Below are positions 39,077-50,234 of a stretch of DNA of 64,000 nt, piece after piece (within the stretch, counting starts at the first letter, position 1; every line of letters starts with the position of its first letter). The stretch is taken from IMG/VR virus record IMGVR_UViG_3300048929_000185, positions 59,207 to 123,206 of that record; one strand, 5' to 3'. The stretch comes from a virus. The notes below the pieces were generated by a model, which saw only the letters and a program-made list of their open reading frames with translations, was not told the origin of the DNA and made no database searches. The position numbers and the translations under genes were made by a program.

Positions 39077-40255
39077 TTGAAAACTTTATCGCAATATAAG
39101 GCAGACGTGTATGCTTTGTGTGGTGATGAATATAGAGTGATTGGAACATACACTGGAAATAAAAACAAAATAACTATGACACACTTGAAATGTGGATGTA
39201 ATTTTGATGTTACTCCAAATAACTTTTTATCAAAATATTCAAGGTGTCCTATATGTTGCAATAGAAAAATAGTAGCTGGAATTAATGATATGAACACTAC
39301 AAATAAAGCTATGGCGGAATATGTATTAAATGAAAATGACAAATATAGGCTTAGTGAAAACAGTAGTATAAAAATTGATTGGATTTGTCCAAAATGCGGA
39401 AGCGTTATTAAAAATAAAACACCTTATTATATAAATGCTAATGGATTTATTTGTCATAAATGTTCGGATGGGATCAGCTACCCAAATAAGTTTTTTAATG
39501 AATTTTTCGGACAACTAGAATCAAATAATTTAATAAAAAATTACATATCCGAATACTCGCCAGATTGGATAAGTCCAAAAAGGTTTGATAACTATTTCGA
39601 AATTAATGATAATAAATTTATTGTTGAGGTAGATGGGGGTATAGGCCATGGTAAATATGTTTTTAAAAATAGTAATAAAACAGTCGATGGTACATTAATG
39701 ACAGATAATTATAAGACACAGAAAGCCATAGAACATGACATTAAAGTTATTAGAATAAACGCAGATAAATCCGATATGGAATTTATTAAGTCCGAAATAG
39801 ATAGTAGTATTTTATCTAATTTGTTCGATTTAAAAACAATAGATTGGGAAAGGTGTAATTTTTCAGGGCTGTCTTCAAAAAAGGTAATGGCTATAGAATT
39901 ATACAATAATGGTTGCAAGAGTACCGGAATGATAGCCAATAAATTAGGACTTAACATAAATACAATTACAGCATATTTGAAAGACGCCGCAAATAACTCT
40001 TTATGTGATTATTCTAAGGAAAACTCATTAAAAAATAGGAGTGTTGCATACTTAAATACAACTAAGGTTATATGTATTAATACGAGCGAAATTTTTAATT
40101 CAATTTCGATTGCCGCTAAAAAATACAATATAAAATCATGTTCAAATATTTACGCTTGCTGTGGCGGATTATATAAGAGCGCAGGCAGAGACGGCAATGG
40201 GAACAAATTACAATGGATGTATTATAACGAATATTTGAAATTAAATGCCGTATAA
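39077..40255 (+). CDS. Free-standing zinc-ribbon / PD-(D/E)xK endonuclease (homing-endonuclease-like) with NUMOD1-like tail
   Basis: HLKCG, CPIC, CPKC, CHKC; RFDNY..IVEVDG..H..K..A..IRI; KVICINT..SISIAAK. Confidence 0.75.
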   Translation: MKTLSQYKADVYALCGDEYRVIGTYTGNKNKITMTHLKCGCNFDVTPNNFLSKYSRCPICCNRKIVAGINDMNTTNKAMAEYVLNENDKYRLSENSSIKIDWICPKCGSVIKNKTPYYINANGFICHKCSDGISYPNKFFNEFFGQLESNNLIKNYISEYSPDWISPKRFDNYFEINDNKFIVEVDGGIGHGKYVFKNSNKTVDGTLMTDNYKTQKAIEHDIKVIRINADKSDMEFIKSEIDSSILSNLFDLKTIDWERCNFSGLSSKKVMAIELYNNGCKSTGMIANKLGLNINTITAYLKDAANNSLCDYSKENSLKNRSVAYLNTTKVICINTSEIFNSISIAAKKYNIKSCSNIYACCGGLYKSAGRDGNGNKLQWMYYNEYLKLNAV

Positions 40256-40423
40256 ATTTTTTTGTTTTTATGAATTATAATTTAAATTAACAAATTGGGT
40301 TGCTCAGGACAATGGGCGTAAAAGCAGATGACATACTGGTGACGATGTGCTTACTAGAAGCGAAGAATAGTCCATGCAAGTCTACTGCTTTCCTTTACTA
40401 ATTGAGAAAGTGATGGTGTCAAA

Positions 40424-40954
40424 ATGGGGGCGATTATACAACCAATACTTCCGTACTTATATTATATGGGTGCTGGTATTGTTTATGTAATAATAGGATT
40501 GGTTCTTATATCAATTGCGTATGAAAAACTTATAATACCTGTTGGTAATTTTATTAAAGATACAAAGTTTGAACCAAAATGGCTATTAGAAAGACGAGAA
40601 CAGCACGAATTATTAATAAATACAGTTAATGGATTGCACGAATTAGAAGAGCAAAGAAAAATAGATGTTGAACAATCTATGAAGCATGATGCCGTCATAC
40701 GAAATGATTTGGCTGAGTTAAAGTCTATGTTTATTGATAGAGAAATAGATTCGATGAGATGGTCAATACTTAACTTTTGTACAGACATATCAAGTGGGAA
40801 AAAAGTAAAAAGAGAATCATTTGATTACATTTTAAAAACATATGATAAGTATGAGCGCATATTGGATGAGAATGGAATGGAAAACGGGTTAGTAAATGAA
40901 AGTATAAAATACATAAAAGAACAGTATCACGAACAGTTAAAAAACGGATTTTAG
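40424..40954 (+). CDS. Membrane-anchored hypothetical protein (holin-like)
   Basis: N-terminal TM helix then coiled coil; MRWSILNF..ENG. Confidence 0.65.
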   Translation: MGAIIQPILPYLYYMGAGIVYVIIGLVLISIAYEKLIIPVGNFIKDTKFEPKWLLERREQHELLINTVNGLHELEEQRKIDVEQSMKHDAVIRNDLAELKSMFIDREIDSMRWSILNFCTDISSGKKVKRESFDYILKTYDKYERILDENGMENGLVNESIKYIKEQYHEQLKNGF

Positions 40955-41011
40955 CATTGTGAGCAGATTTGAAATTAATCAGGTCTGCTCTTTTATTATG
41001 CAAAGAAAAGG

Positions 41012-41482
41012 GTGAGTGTTATTAGTAGAACGAAATATAACGTAAGCAAAGATAAATCTAAACGCACTTATGAAGGGGTCGCGTTCGCGAGTGGGCTTGA
41101 GATGACTTACTACCGAGACTGGATACTTCCAAGGATTGAATCTGGTGAAATAATCAAATGTGATAGGCAGGTGAAATATGTGTTACAACCTGCGTACGAG
41201 TTGAATGGAACAAAGTATCGCGAGATAGCATTCGTGAGCGATTTCGATATTACGTATGCTGACGGACGATTTGAGGTTATAGATGTAAAGGGCATGGTGA
41301 AGCCTATGGATAATTTACATAGAAAAATGTTTTTGTACCACTACCCTACTCTAAATTTGATTTGGATCGGGAAATCAATTATCGATGGTGGATATGTGCC
41401 TATTGATATTATTAATAAAGGACGAAAAGAACGTAAAAAATTAAAAGAATCAAAGAATAATAAAAGCATTGTCGTCACATAA
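41012..41482 (+). CDS. DUF1064-family PD-(D/E)xK nuclease
   Basis: KYN..FAS..E..RQVKYVLQP..DF..VIDVKG. Confidence 0.75.
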   Translation: MSVISRTKYNVSKDKSKRTYEGVAFASGLEMTYYRDWILPRIESGEIIKCDRQVKYVLQPAYELNGTKYREIAFVSDFDITYADGRFEVIDVKGMVKPMDNLHRKMFLYHYPTLNLIWIGKSIIDGGYVPIDIINKGRKERKKLKESKNNKSIVVT

Positions 41483-41652
41483 TTAGATATTTTTTTACTT
41501 ATTGCGTACTTTTTCTCATTAATATCGACGCTTATTGCAAATTTTGCTACGTTCACGACGAGTTCCACATATGGAACTGGAAAAATGTTACAATACACTT
41601 ATAGATAAAACCAAGTAAAATATAGGTAATAAACTAGATTGGAATTACTTAT

Positions 41653-41871
41653 ATGAAAATTAACTTGCGCAAGTTGAGAATTAAAAGGGGTTTAACTATA
41701 CCACAATTATCAAGGAAGTCTCATGTAGGAGCTGGTACAATAAGTCGTATTGAAAATCATGAAATATATCCTACTATTCCGACAATTTGTAAACTATGCA
41801 TAGCATTAAACGTTCCTATTAACGAAATGATAGAATGCGAGAGGTATTACTATGATGATGATGAATGGTGA
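41653..41871 (+). CDS. XRE-family HTH regulator
   Basis: LRKLRIKRGLTIPQLSRKS..ISRIEN..PTIPTICKL. Confidence 0.85.
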   Translation: MKINLRKLRIKRGLTIPQLSRKSHVGAGTISRIENHEIYPTIPTICKLCIALNVPINEMIECERYYYDDDEW

Positions 41872-42055
41872 AACTATGTATTATAACATAATATGTGAGG
41901 AAATCGGAGTTACTGGAGGGAAAATGGTTTACGTAGATGAAAATAGGGGGACTCTTGAAGAAATACATGAGATAGTTAACATATATTCGAAGAAGCATCC
42001 TAATGCTAAATGGGAAATGTATCCAATGACGATATACGTTCCCATGAATAAATAA
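41852..42055 (+). CDS. Small hypothetical protein
   Basis: ORF followed by terminator 42088-42118; exact start uncertain. Confidence 0.5.
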   Translation: MMMMNGETMYYNIICEEIGVTGGKMVYVDENRGTLEEIHEIVNIYSKKHPNAKWEMYPMTIYVPMNK

Positions 42056-42147
42056 CTGGTACATAAAATTGAAGATTAAGAAAACGTAAGAGTCATCGAA
42101 ATGTCGGTGGCTCTTTTATTATGCAAAAATATGGAGGAAAATAAAAT

Positions 42148-42375
42148 ATGATTAAATTTATTAAGAATTATTTCAAAATGAAAGCACAGGAAATCCAATT
42201 GAAATTAACATTTTATACATACGCAAATACGATTATTGCAAATAATAAAGAAATTATTGCTTCTGTTTTAAGTCTGATTTCTACGCTGAAAGATACTCCG
42301 ATTGATGAATTACAGGATAAATTTATTGAAACATTGGCTGAAATCATTCACGAATCTGGAAAAGATGATGAATAA
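42148..42375 (+). CDS. Small hypothetical protein
   Basis: GGAGG RBS. Confidence 0.65.
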   Translation: MIKFIKNYFKMKAQEIQLKLTFYTYANTIIANNKEIIASVLSLISTLKDTPIDELQDKFIETLAEIIHESGKDDE

Positions 42376-42377
42376 AT

Positions 42378-42875
42378 ATGGCTACCTATATTAGAAATAA
42401 TGCTGATTTGATTAAAGCAGGAAAGCAATTGATATATAAGCAGATGCTAATACTACAAAAGAAACTACCAGATTATTTAGAGCAATATATTATGTCTGAG
42501 TACTATGATCAGTATACTCCGGTTATGTACGAAAGAAGTTTCCGTATTTTGGCAGCGATAACATCAAGCGAGATTGTAGATGTTGGAATTGGGTATCAGT
42601 TAGAAGTGTATCTAGATCCAAATAAGGTGTCATATGATCCTTCGGTTTGGGCTTATCCAGACGGAGCCACTTCTTATATACAAGGAGATGATCCATTGAC
42701 TGTTTTTAACAACATGGCGAATGGTATACATGGATTCATTGGTAATCCACGCCCATATCAGACGGAAGGTAGATTCTGGGAAGAGTTTCTTAATGCTATT
42801 GGACATGGTGGGGTTTATGACATGTTTGTTGGATTTAAAAGATTTATAGCTAGTAAGGGATATCTAATAGCATGA
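42378..42875 (+). CDS. Probable tail completion protein (HK97 gp10-like)
   Basis: YTPVMYERS motif; GRFWE near the C-terminus; precedes TMP. Confidence 0.55.
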   Translation: MATYIRNNADLIKAGKQLIYKQMLILQKKLPDYLEQYIMSEYYDQYTPVMYERSFRILAAITSSEIVDVGIGYQLEVYLDPNKVSYDPSVWAYPDGATSYIQGDDPLTVFNNMANGIHGFIGNPRPYQTEGRFWEEFLNAIGHGGVYDMFVGFKRFIASKGYLIA

Positions 42876-42972
42876 TGAATTTTAAATATTATAATGAATT
42901 TTTAATTAGTAGGAAGTTGGTTCACTACCACTCTCCTGCTTTTTTATTTGATTTTTAGAAGGGGGAGACGTT

Positions 42973-45900
42973 GTGGACGAATTTAAAATGCTATTGCAGA
43001 TAGGTGTTGATATTTTAAAATCACGCCCAGAAATAGATAAGGCAATAAAAGAACTTCAAAAACAAGCTAAAATACAAGCCGAATTAAAAATAAATAGTTC
43101 AGATTTAAAAAAGACAAAGACAGATTTACAAGGCGTGTCTTCTGCTGTTCAAAAAATAGCAAGCGATTCACAGCGTCTATCAAAACTTAACTCGATAAAA
43201 CTTTGGGCGGAAAACAATTCCAAAGCTATGAAGGTATTTGGTTCAGAACTTGATCAAATTTATGCAAAATTAAATAATCCAAATCTTTCTCTTAATGAAT
43301 TTAAGCAAGTTAATGCTCAATTTCAAAATATAAAACTTAATGCAAGAGAAGCTGGATTATTAGGAAAATCACTCGGTGATTCATTTAAATCCGCTGCTGC
43401 TAGTTTTACGTCGTGGATAACCGTTTCTGGAACAATTATGTACGCAGTCAATTCACTTCGAAAGATGAAAGAAGCAGTGTTCGATGTTGATACTGCAATG
43501 ACTAACCTATATAAAGTTACCGACGAAACGAGTTCGAGATACACTTTATTCTTAAAGAACGCAAACAAAAGCGCCCAAGAATTAGGGCAATCTGTTTCTA
43601 ATTTAGTTGAACAAACGGCAAACTGGGCAAAACTTGGATATAGCATTGACCAAGCATCTCAATTAGCTAAAGTTTCCTCTATTTATGCTAACGTTGGAGA
43701 AGTTGACAATAAAACAGCTGTATCAGACCTGGTTACAGCGCTTAAAGCCTTTAACATAGAAAGTTCAAAAAGTATCACAATTGTTGACTCTTTGAACAAA
43801 CTTGGAAACGAATTTGCCACTGATGCTGGTTCTCTCGGGGAAGGGCTTAAAAATGCAGCTTCTGCTCTTGCACTTGGTGGAATGGATATAAATAAATCTC
43901 TTGCATTGCTTACGGGCGGATCAGAAATCACTCAGAATGCAGGAGAATTAGGAAATGCTTTAAAAGTTGGACAGATGCGTGTTATGGGAATGAAAGGCGC
44001 ACTTGAGCAACTCGGTGAAGAGTCCGAAGGATTAGAGTCTATAAGCAAGATTCAAACTCATATTTTAAACATTACCAAGGGTCAAGTGAATATTATGAAT
44101 TCAGCAGACCCCACTAAGTTTAAAGATTACTACACTATTCTAGAAGATGTATCAAAGGTATATTCAAAGCTTGATCAGACAAAACAAGCCGACCTCCTAG
44201 AAACACTTTTTGGCAAACAAAGAGGAAATCAGGGTGCGGCTGTAATACAGGCGTTTCAGTCTGGTCAGGTACAAAAGGCTTTAGAAGCATCTATAAATTC
44301 TGCGGGAAGCGCTTATGAAGAACAGAGCAGATGGATGCAGAGCCTAGAAGCAAAGACACAGCAATATGAGGCAAGTTTTCAGTCTCTTTCTCAAACAATT
44401 CTAAACTCGGACTTTTTAAAGGGACTTGTTGATTCAGGCACTACTTTCAATAATGTATTAAATTCTATAATACAAACGATAGGTCTTTTCCCCGCAGCAA
44501 TTGGAGCAGTGGGAATTGGTGCTTTTGTAAAGAATTTTGAACAGTTAAAAAACGCCAGCGTTGCTGCTACAGCAATGAAAGAATTAAGTACAGCTGTTTC
44601 TACCGGCACGACGAATTACTCATCTCTGGCAGCAATATTACAGACGGTTGATACTCAGACAAAAATTAATATAGTGTCTCAATCAGCGCTAAGTAAAGAA
44701 CAAAAGGTAATGGCATTAACGACGGCTGGTGTTTCAGCCGAAGAAATAAACGCAGCAATATCTACTGGAGCACTTACTACAGCACAAACAACGGCGAAGT
44801 TTTCTACAATTGGATTTACAACTGCGTTAAAGGGATTGTGGACTACTATGCTTGCCAATCCGTTGCTCGCTGTTGGAATGGCTGTTACTGCTGGCATCGC
44901 GGTCTGGAACGCTTACAAACAGTCAGTTGAAGATATGAGACAGAAGACAAGTGAAGCAACTAGCACATTTGTAGAATCTTCTAAATCAATTGATGATAAT
45001 GCTGAAAAATATAAAGCACTGCATGATGAATTAACTAATGCCAATACAACCGAAGAGCGTCAAAAACAAGTTAAAGAAGAACTTCTTAATTTGCAAAAAG
45101 ATTTAAATGATAAGTATGGGGAAGAACACGGGAAGATTAACCTTGTCACTGATGCATATAAAGATCAAACACAAGCTATTAGAGAGTTAAATAAGGAAAC
45201 AGCTCAGAAATTTTTAAATGAAAATACAAAAGGGTTAGATGATGCTGAAAACCAAATGACCTCTCAAAAGGGCTATAATATTTTTGGGCAAGACGTTAGT
45301 ATGTATTCAGATCAGGGAAAGGATATTTTAGATGTAGCAAAGCGCCTTGGACTTAAAACCGACACCGATGAATCAACAGGTTCTTTTACTATTCGACTAA
45401 AAGCCGATCCTACATCCGCATATAAGCAAATAAACGATTTTATGAATGAAGTTACTTTACTTCAAGAGAAGTATGGTAAAGACGATTCTTTTATAACCAC
45501 AATGCTGGGTGCGTCAAGCTCTGAATTAAACAAAGCAAAAGCTATTATTGATGACTTTGGAGAAAAATATAACTCACGTTTAATTGCTGAAATTCAAGCA
45601 GGAGATAATGATAAATTATCAGAGGGATACATTAAGGCTAAAAACGCGGTTGATGAATATAATGACTCTGTTGCTTCTGGCGACGAGTCAAAAATTCAAA
45701 AAGCACGAAGCGATTTGAATGATGTTAAAAACTCTATTGATTTAACCAGTGATGAGTGGAAACGTTATGGTAGTGTGGTAACAGACGTATTTGCTCAAGC
45801 TGATACTAAAGTATATGATTTTGTAGATGCGTTAAAATCCAATCAAAATGGAATAATGGATATCGCAAAATCATTTGCTGGAACATCAAAAGAAAACTTA

Positions 45901-48900
45901 TTAGCCATGGCTGACGATGGTGTCTCTGATAATTTTGATAAATTGGTAGATGCGGGAAAAGCTTATGGCCTAACCGTAGAAGACATAATTTCTTCGTTAG
46001 AAAAATTAAAAATAGTTCAAGATAACGTTACTCAATCAAGTGAAAATGTGTTTACCCCTCTTTCGAAACAGGAAGTTATTGCAAACATAAATTCATTATC
46101 CGAAGGTTTTGAGTCACTCGACAAGATAATGAATAGTATGCAAGGTAAAAACCCGTTTGATTATTCATTATTAGACGACACCAAGTTTAAAAAAGTGTTT
46201 GGAGATCTTGGAGATTCATATACTGCGTTTATTGAAAAAGTGTCTTCATCTCCAAAAGACATCAAAGGTACTCAGTCCGCATTTAATGATCTTGTTACCG
46301 AATGGATTGATAGTTCTGGTGTTCTCAACGGATTAACCGAAGATAATTCGAAACTTGCGGTTGCTATGCTGCAAAATATGGGAGTTGCAAACGCAGAAGA
46401 AGTTGTTACCAGTCGACTTACAATTGCCCAGGAACATCTTGCCGCACAAAAAGCATATACAGCTGATATGAGTAAGTTACTTTCAAATGCTACGGCAGAC
46501 GAAATACCAAAACTCATAGACGAGGCAACTCAAGGTGACATTGCAAAAGTAGCGCTGGCTGGGTTAGCAATTGAAAAAGCAAATGTAAATGGTACGGCTC
46601 TTGATACAAGCGGAGATATTGAAAATATTATTGCCCTTACAGGAGTAATCGGAAGTGCAAATTCCGCTTTAAAAGCGCTTAATATACTGAAATCCGGTGG
46701 AAATGTCGGATATGGACTTGGCGGGAAAGAGGGATATGATGCCGTAGTTTCCGCTGCTCAAAAGGAAGTAGACGATGCAATTAAAGCTGCTTCCGAATAT
46801 AAGGGCAAAGGAACAAGCACTAATGCCAGTTATTCAGGCGGTACAAAAACCAATAATCCGAGTTCCTCAAAAGAAAAGACAAAAAAAGAAACTGAAGAAA
46901 TATTTGATTGGGTATCTGTCGGTGCGGAAAAAACACAAAAAAATCTTGATAGAGTCAAAGATTCGTTAGACGAAATAGACAGTTGGAAGTCTAAGAACGA
47001 TACTACAGATGAATTACTTTCTGGAATGTCTTCTCAGCTTGAAGAATTACGAAAGCAAGCCAATGTATATCAATCTGAGGCAGATAAGTATGCCGAGACT
47101 CTCAATGCGTCATATGTTGAAAAAATTAAGAATGGGTCGTTAGATATCGAAAAAATTACAGACGACTTAGTGGCTAAGAACGTAAAAGGCTATCAGGATA
47201 TGTACGAAAAGGCTGAAGACTTCAGGGATAAAATAGACGATGTAAAAAAATCCATGAAAGAATTGGCTCAGTCAAAACTTGATAATATTATTAAGGATTT
47301 CGATAGTCTCATCTCGCTAATGGACGCAAGGTCGTCTTCTGCTAAGTCATACTTAGAGTTGAAAAAAGAACTTGGAGAAGAAACTACCAGTACTGACTAT
47401 AATAACTTAATTAATCAACAGGAAGATACATATAATCAGCTACAAAAGAAGTATAGCACACTTGAAAGAGAACTTTCAAAGGCCGTAAGTACGGGAACGA
47501 TTAAATATGGTTCAGACGAATGGAATAAATATAACAAAGAATTAATTGACGTAAATAATTCCATGAATGATATCGTTTCTAATATGAATGATTTCCGCAA
47601 GTCGATGATAGATCTTCCTTTTGATGAAATGGGTCGGTTTAATGATGAGTTAAATCGTGTGAGCGACGGGTATAGTACTCTCTTAGGCTTAATTGGAGAT
47701 GGCGGACTTACTGATAACGGGGCTATTACTTCTAAAGGATTGGCTAAAATTGCAATCTTAGGACAGCAATATACCAATGCAAAACAGCAGGTCGCTAATT
47801 ATGCCGAAGAAATTAGGGCATTAGAAGAAGCATATTCCGATGGAACCATTACTCAAACTGAATACAATGACAAATTAAGCGAATTCACAAGTGCTCAAAA
47901 CTCGTCGGTGCAAGCAGTAAAACAAGCACAAGATGCCATTGTTGAATTCCGTAAGACAGCCATCCAGGAACAGATTGATGACTATAATAAGCTGATTGAA
48001 GCCAAGAAAAAAGCATTGCAAGAAGATAAATCTTACGCTGATTATCTTGACGAAGTTGCCGAGAAGCAGAAAAATATCAGTACGTTACAGGCTAAAATTG
48101 ACGAGTTATCAACTAAGTCCGATGCATCTGACCGTAGTGCTATCGCTATGCGTTTACAGCTTGAAGATGACTTAACGACTGCTAAAAAAGACTTAGCTAA
48201 AACACAGTCAGATTATGCTTACGATCAAACAACAGCAAGTCTTGATAAGCAAGCTGAAGACTACGCAAACGCTAAGAATAAGGAACTTGATGAATTAGAA
48301 TCTAGTTACGACGCACAGCAAAAAGTAGTTGAGGATTATCTTGGTCAGGTCAAAGATAATTATAAAACTGTATATAACACTCTCACCCAGTATGGAGAAA
48401 GCTATAATCTGTCCGCAACCGAAGACTTAGTATCTCCGTGGGAATCAGCAGGTAGCGCAGTCGATACATTCCAGTCTGCAATGTCTGATGCTATCGCACA
48501 GATTAACATTGACCTTGCCAGCATAGACCTCTCCTCTCTCACCGAGTTAGTAAGCACAATGAATGGATTCTCTGGCGGCGGATCATCTGGTGGATTCGAG
48601 GATATTACTGGCACCGGAACGTGGCGTAAAGATAAAAATGGTGATTGGTATGGGGCTTCTAACGACGATTATGCTTCTGACGGAATCTATACAATCGGTG
48701 GAAAGCAATATTCATTTAATGAAGACGGCTATATGAAAACTGGTTGGAACGATGATTCTGGCGAATGGCGATACTTTGAACCAGAGAACGGTCAGATGGT
48801 TAAATCTACTTGGAGAAAAGATTCAAAGGGCGACAATTACTATCTTAGATCAGATGGAACTATGGCTACCAATGCTGCTATTAAAGACAAATCTGGAAAT

Positions 48901-49392
48901 GGCTACTACTATGTCGGAGATGATGGTGCTTGGGATGGTAAAGATCCTGTGTCACTGTCAGAAGTTAAACGTCAAGGTTGGACTATTGGATATAAGAACG
49001 GGACTCTTAGTACAAAAGACGAAGTGGCACTTATGGACGAAGATGGTGTCGGTTCTGAATTAATGAACAAACAAGGCACTCTCATGCAGTTTAAAAATGG
49101 AGACGCAGTTTTCGATAGCGCAAAGACTAAGGCTTTGTGGGAAATGGCAGATGATTATAACAATCCAAGTAGTTATATCACTGATAAACTTATGAGAAAC
49201 CAAGCGAATTTATCTTCGTCGATGATGGTAAATAGAGTTAGTCAACCGATTAGCATAGAAATAAATAAAGAATTAATACGTGTTGATGGTAACGCTGATG
49301 AAAAGACACTGGTTATGTGTAGTAACATGATCGTAGATGCACTTAAAAATGATTTACCAAAATATATTTCTTATGATAGAAAGAACAGATAA
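42973..49392 (+). CDS. Tail tape measure protein (TP901-type core) with C-terminal cell-wall-binding repeats
   Basis: 2139 aa Ala/Leu-rich helical protein; DTAMTNLYKVTD, VDSLNKLGNEFA; YSFNEDGYMKTGW repeats. Confidence 0.92.
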   Translation: MDEFKMLLQIGVDILKSRPEIDKAIKELQKQAKIQAELKINSSDLKKTKTDLQGVSSAVQKIASDSQRLSKLNSIKLWAENNSKAMKVFGSELDQIYAKLNNPNLSLNEFKQVNAQFQNIKLNAREAGLLGKSLGDSFKSAAASFTSWITVSGTIMYAVNSLRKMKEAVFDVDTAMTNLYKVTDETSSRYTLFLKNANKSAQELGQSVSNLVEQTANWAKLGYSIDQASQLAKVSSIYANVGEVDNKTAVSDLVTALKAFNIESSKSITIVDSLNKLGNEFATDAGSLGEGLKNAASALALGGMDINKSLALLTGGSEITQNAGELGNALKVGQMRVMGMKGALEQLGEESEGLESISKIQTHILNITKGQVNIMNSADPTKFKDYYTILEDVSKVYSKLDQTKQADLLETLFGKQRGNQGAAVIQAFQSGQVQKALEASINSAGSAYEEQSRWMQSLEAKTQQYEASFQSLSQTILNSDFLKGLVDSGTTFNNVLNSIIQTIGLFPAAIGAVGIGAFVKNFEQLKNASVAATAMKELSTAVSTGTTNYSSLAAILQTVDTQTKINIVSQSALSKEQKVMALTTAGVSAEEINAAISTGALTTAQTTAKFSTIGFTTALKGLWTTMLANPLLAVGMAVTAGIAVWNAYKQSVEDMRQKTSEATSTFVESSKSIDDNAEKYKALHDELTNANTTEERQKQVKEELLNLQKDLNDKYGEEHGKINLVTDAYKDQTQAIRELNKETAQKFLNENTKGLDDAENQMTSQKGYNIFGQDVSMYSDQGKDILDVAKRLGLKTDTDESTGSFTIRLKADPTSAYKQINDFMNEVTLLQEKYGKDDSFITTMLGASSSELNKAKAIIDDFGEKYNSRLIAEIQAGDNDKLSEGYIKAKNAVDEYNDSVASGDESKIQKARSDLNDVKNSIDLTSDEWKRYGSVVTDVFAQADTKVYDFVDALKSNQNGIMDIAKSFAGTSKENLLAMADDGVSDNFDKLVDAGKAYGLTVEDIISSLEKLKIVQDNVTQSSENVFTPLSKQEVIANINSLSEGFESLDKIMNSMQGKNPFDYSLLDDTKFKKVFGDLGDSYTAFIEKVSSSPKDIKGTQSAFNDLVTEWIDSSGVLNGLTEDNSKLAVAMLQNMGVANAEEVVTSRLTIAQEHLAAQKAYTADMSKLLSNATADEIPKLIDEATQGDIAKVALAGLAIEKANVNGTALDTSGDIENIIALTGVIGSANSALKALNILKSGGNVGYGLGGKEGYDAVVSAAQKEVDDAIKAASEYKGKGTSTNASYSGGTKTNNPSSSKEKTKKETEEIFDWVSVGAEKTQKNLDRVKDSLDEIDSWKSKNDTTDELLSGMSSQLEELRKQANVYQSEADKYAETLNASYVEKIKNGSLDIEKITDDLVAKNVKGYQDMYEKAEDFRDKIDDVKKSMKELAQSKLDNIIKDFDSLISLMDARSSSAKSYLELKKELGEETTSTDYNNLINQQEDTYNQLQKKYSTLERELSKAVSTGTIKYGSDEWNKYNKELIDVNNSMNDIVSNMNDFRKSMIDLPFDEMGRFNDELNRVSDGYSTLLGLIGDGGLTDNGAITSKGLAKIAILGQQYTNAKQQVANYAEEIRALEEAYSDGTITQTEYNDKLSEFTSAQNSSVQAVKQAQDAIVEFRKTAIQEQIDDYNKLIEAKKKALQEDKSYADYLDEVAEKQKNISTLQAKIDELSTKSDASDRSAIAMRLQLEDDLTTAKKDLAKTQSDYAYDQTTASLDKQAEDYANAKNKELDELESSYDAQQKVVEDYLGQVKDNYKTVYNTLTQYGESYNLSATEDLVSPWESAGSAVDTFQSAMSDAIAQINIDLASIDLSSLTELVSTMNGFSGGGSSGGFEDITGTGTWRKDKNGDWYGASNDDYASDGIYTIGGKQYSFNEDGYMKTGWNDDSGEWRYFEPENGQMVKSTWRKDSKGDNYYLRSDGTMATNAAIKDKSGNGYYYVGDDGAWDGKDPVSLSEVKRQGWTIGYKNGTLSTKDEVALMDEDGVGSELMNKQGTLMQFKNGDAVFDSAKTKALWEMADDYNNPSSYITDKLMRNQANLSSSMMVNRVSQPISIEINKELIRVDGNADEKTLVMCSNMIVDALKNDLPKYISYDRKNR

Positions 49393-49448
49393 CTATTCAC
49401 AGGAGTCTCTTATTGAGGCTCCTTTTATTATGAGGAAAGGAGGGACAT

Positions 49449-50234
49449 ATGCTAACTGGATTTACTTTTGGAGAATATTCTAACGAAGAATTAGGAGTAA
49501 TAGCTGTTCATTTTGGAACTGTAAATGGAGGTACATTATACGACGGAGAAGTGACTGACTTAGTAACGGATAAAAGTTCAAAATCAAATGAATATGAAGT
49601 AATTTCTCATAGAGATAAGCAACCACAGGGTTTTCCTTTTCAAATCATAAACCAAGATGGGCTAGATATCGGTCAGGAACAAGAGCGCTTTTTAAATAAA
49701 GTCATGTGTAAAAAATATACTTACCAGTGGCTTTTCTTTCACGAAGAAAGATATTCTGATATTTGGATTAAATGTATTATGCATAATCCTAAAATATGGG
49801 ACGTTGCTGGAGCTAAAGGAATGCAGTTTGATGTTGTGTCATCATCTCCTTATGCCTTTACCGATGAAAGAGAATGCAATTATACTTTTACTGACACAGA
49901 TAAGGTGATTAATGATTTATACATAAATAGTGACATAGATGATCCTATTTTTCCAGACTTAGAAATTACGGTTCTTCAAGCTGGTAATTTAACAATTACT
50001 AATGAGAATGAATCTGATTCTAATTGGATTACTACCATAAATAACCTTGCCGTCGGTGAAGTAATTAACATAAAGGATAAGAAAATAACATCTAGCATAT
50101 TAACGCATGATGTTTTTAATGACACAAATAAAAAATGGCTAAGGCTGTATAACGACTATAATCAAATTACATTTAGTCTAAAATGCCAAGTTACATTAAA
50201 GTATCGTGAGTACAGAAGGATGGTGATTTACTGA
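49449..50234 (+). CDS. Distal tail protein (Dit)
   Basis: FTFGEYSNEELG, SSPYAF and WLRL..N motifs; follows TMP. Confidence 0.75.
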   Translation: MLTGFTFGEYSNEELGVIAVHFGTVNGGTLYDGEVTDLVTDKSSKSNEYEVISHRDKQPQGFPFQIINQDGLDIGQEQERFLNKVMCKKYTYQWLFFHEERYSDIWIKCIMHNPKIWDVAGAKGMQFDVVSSSPYAFTDERECNYTFTDTDKVINDLYINSDIDDPIFPDLEITVLQAGNLTITNENESDSNWITTINNLAVGEVINIKDKKITSSILTHDVFNDTNKKWLRLYNDYNQITFSLKCQVTLKYREYRRMVIY

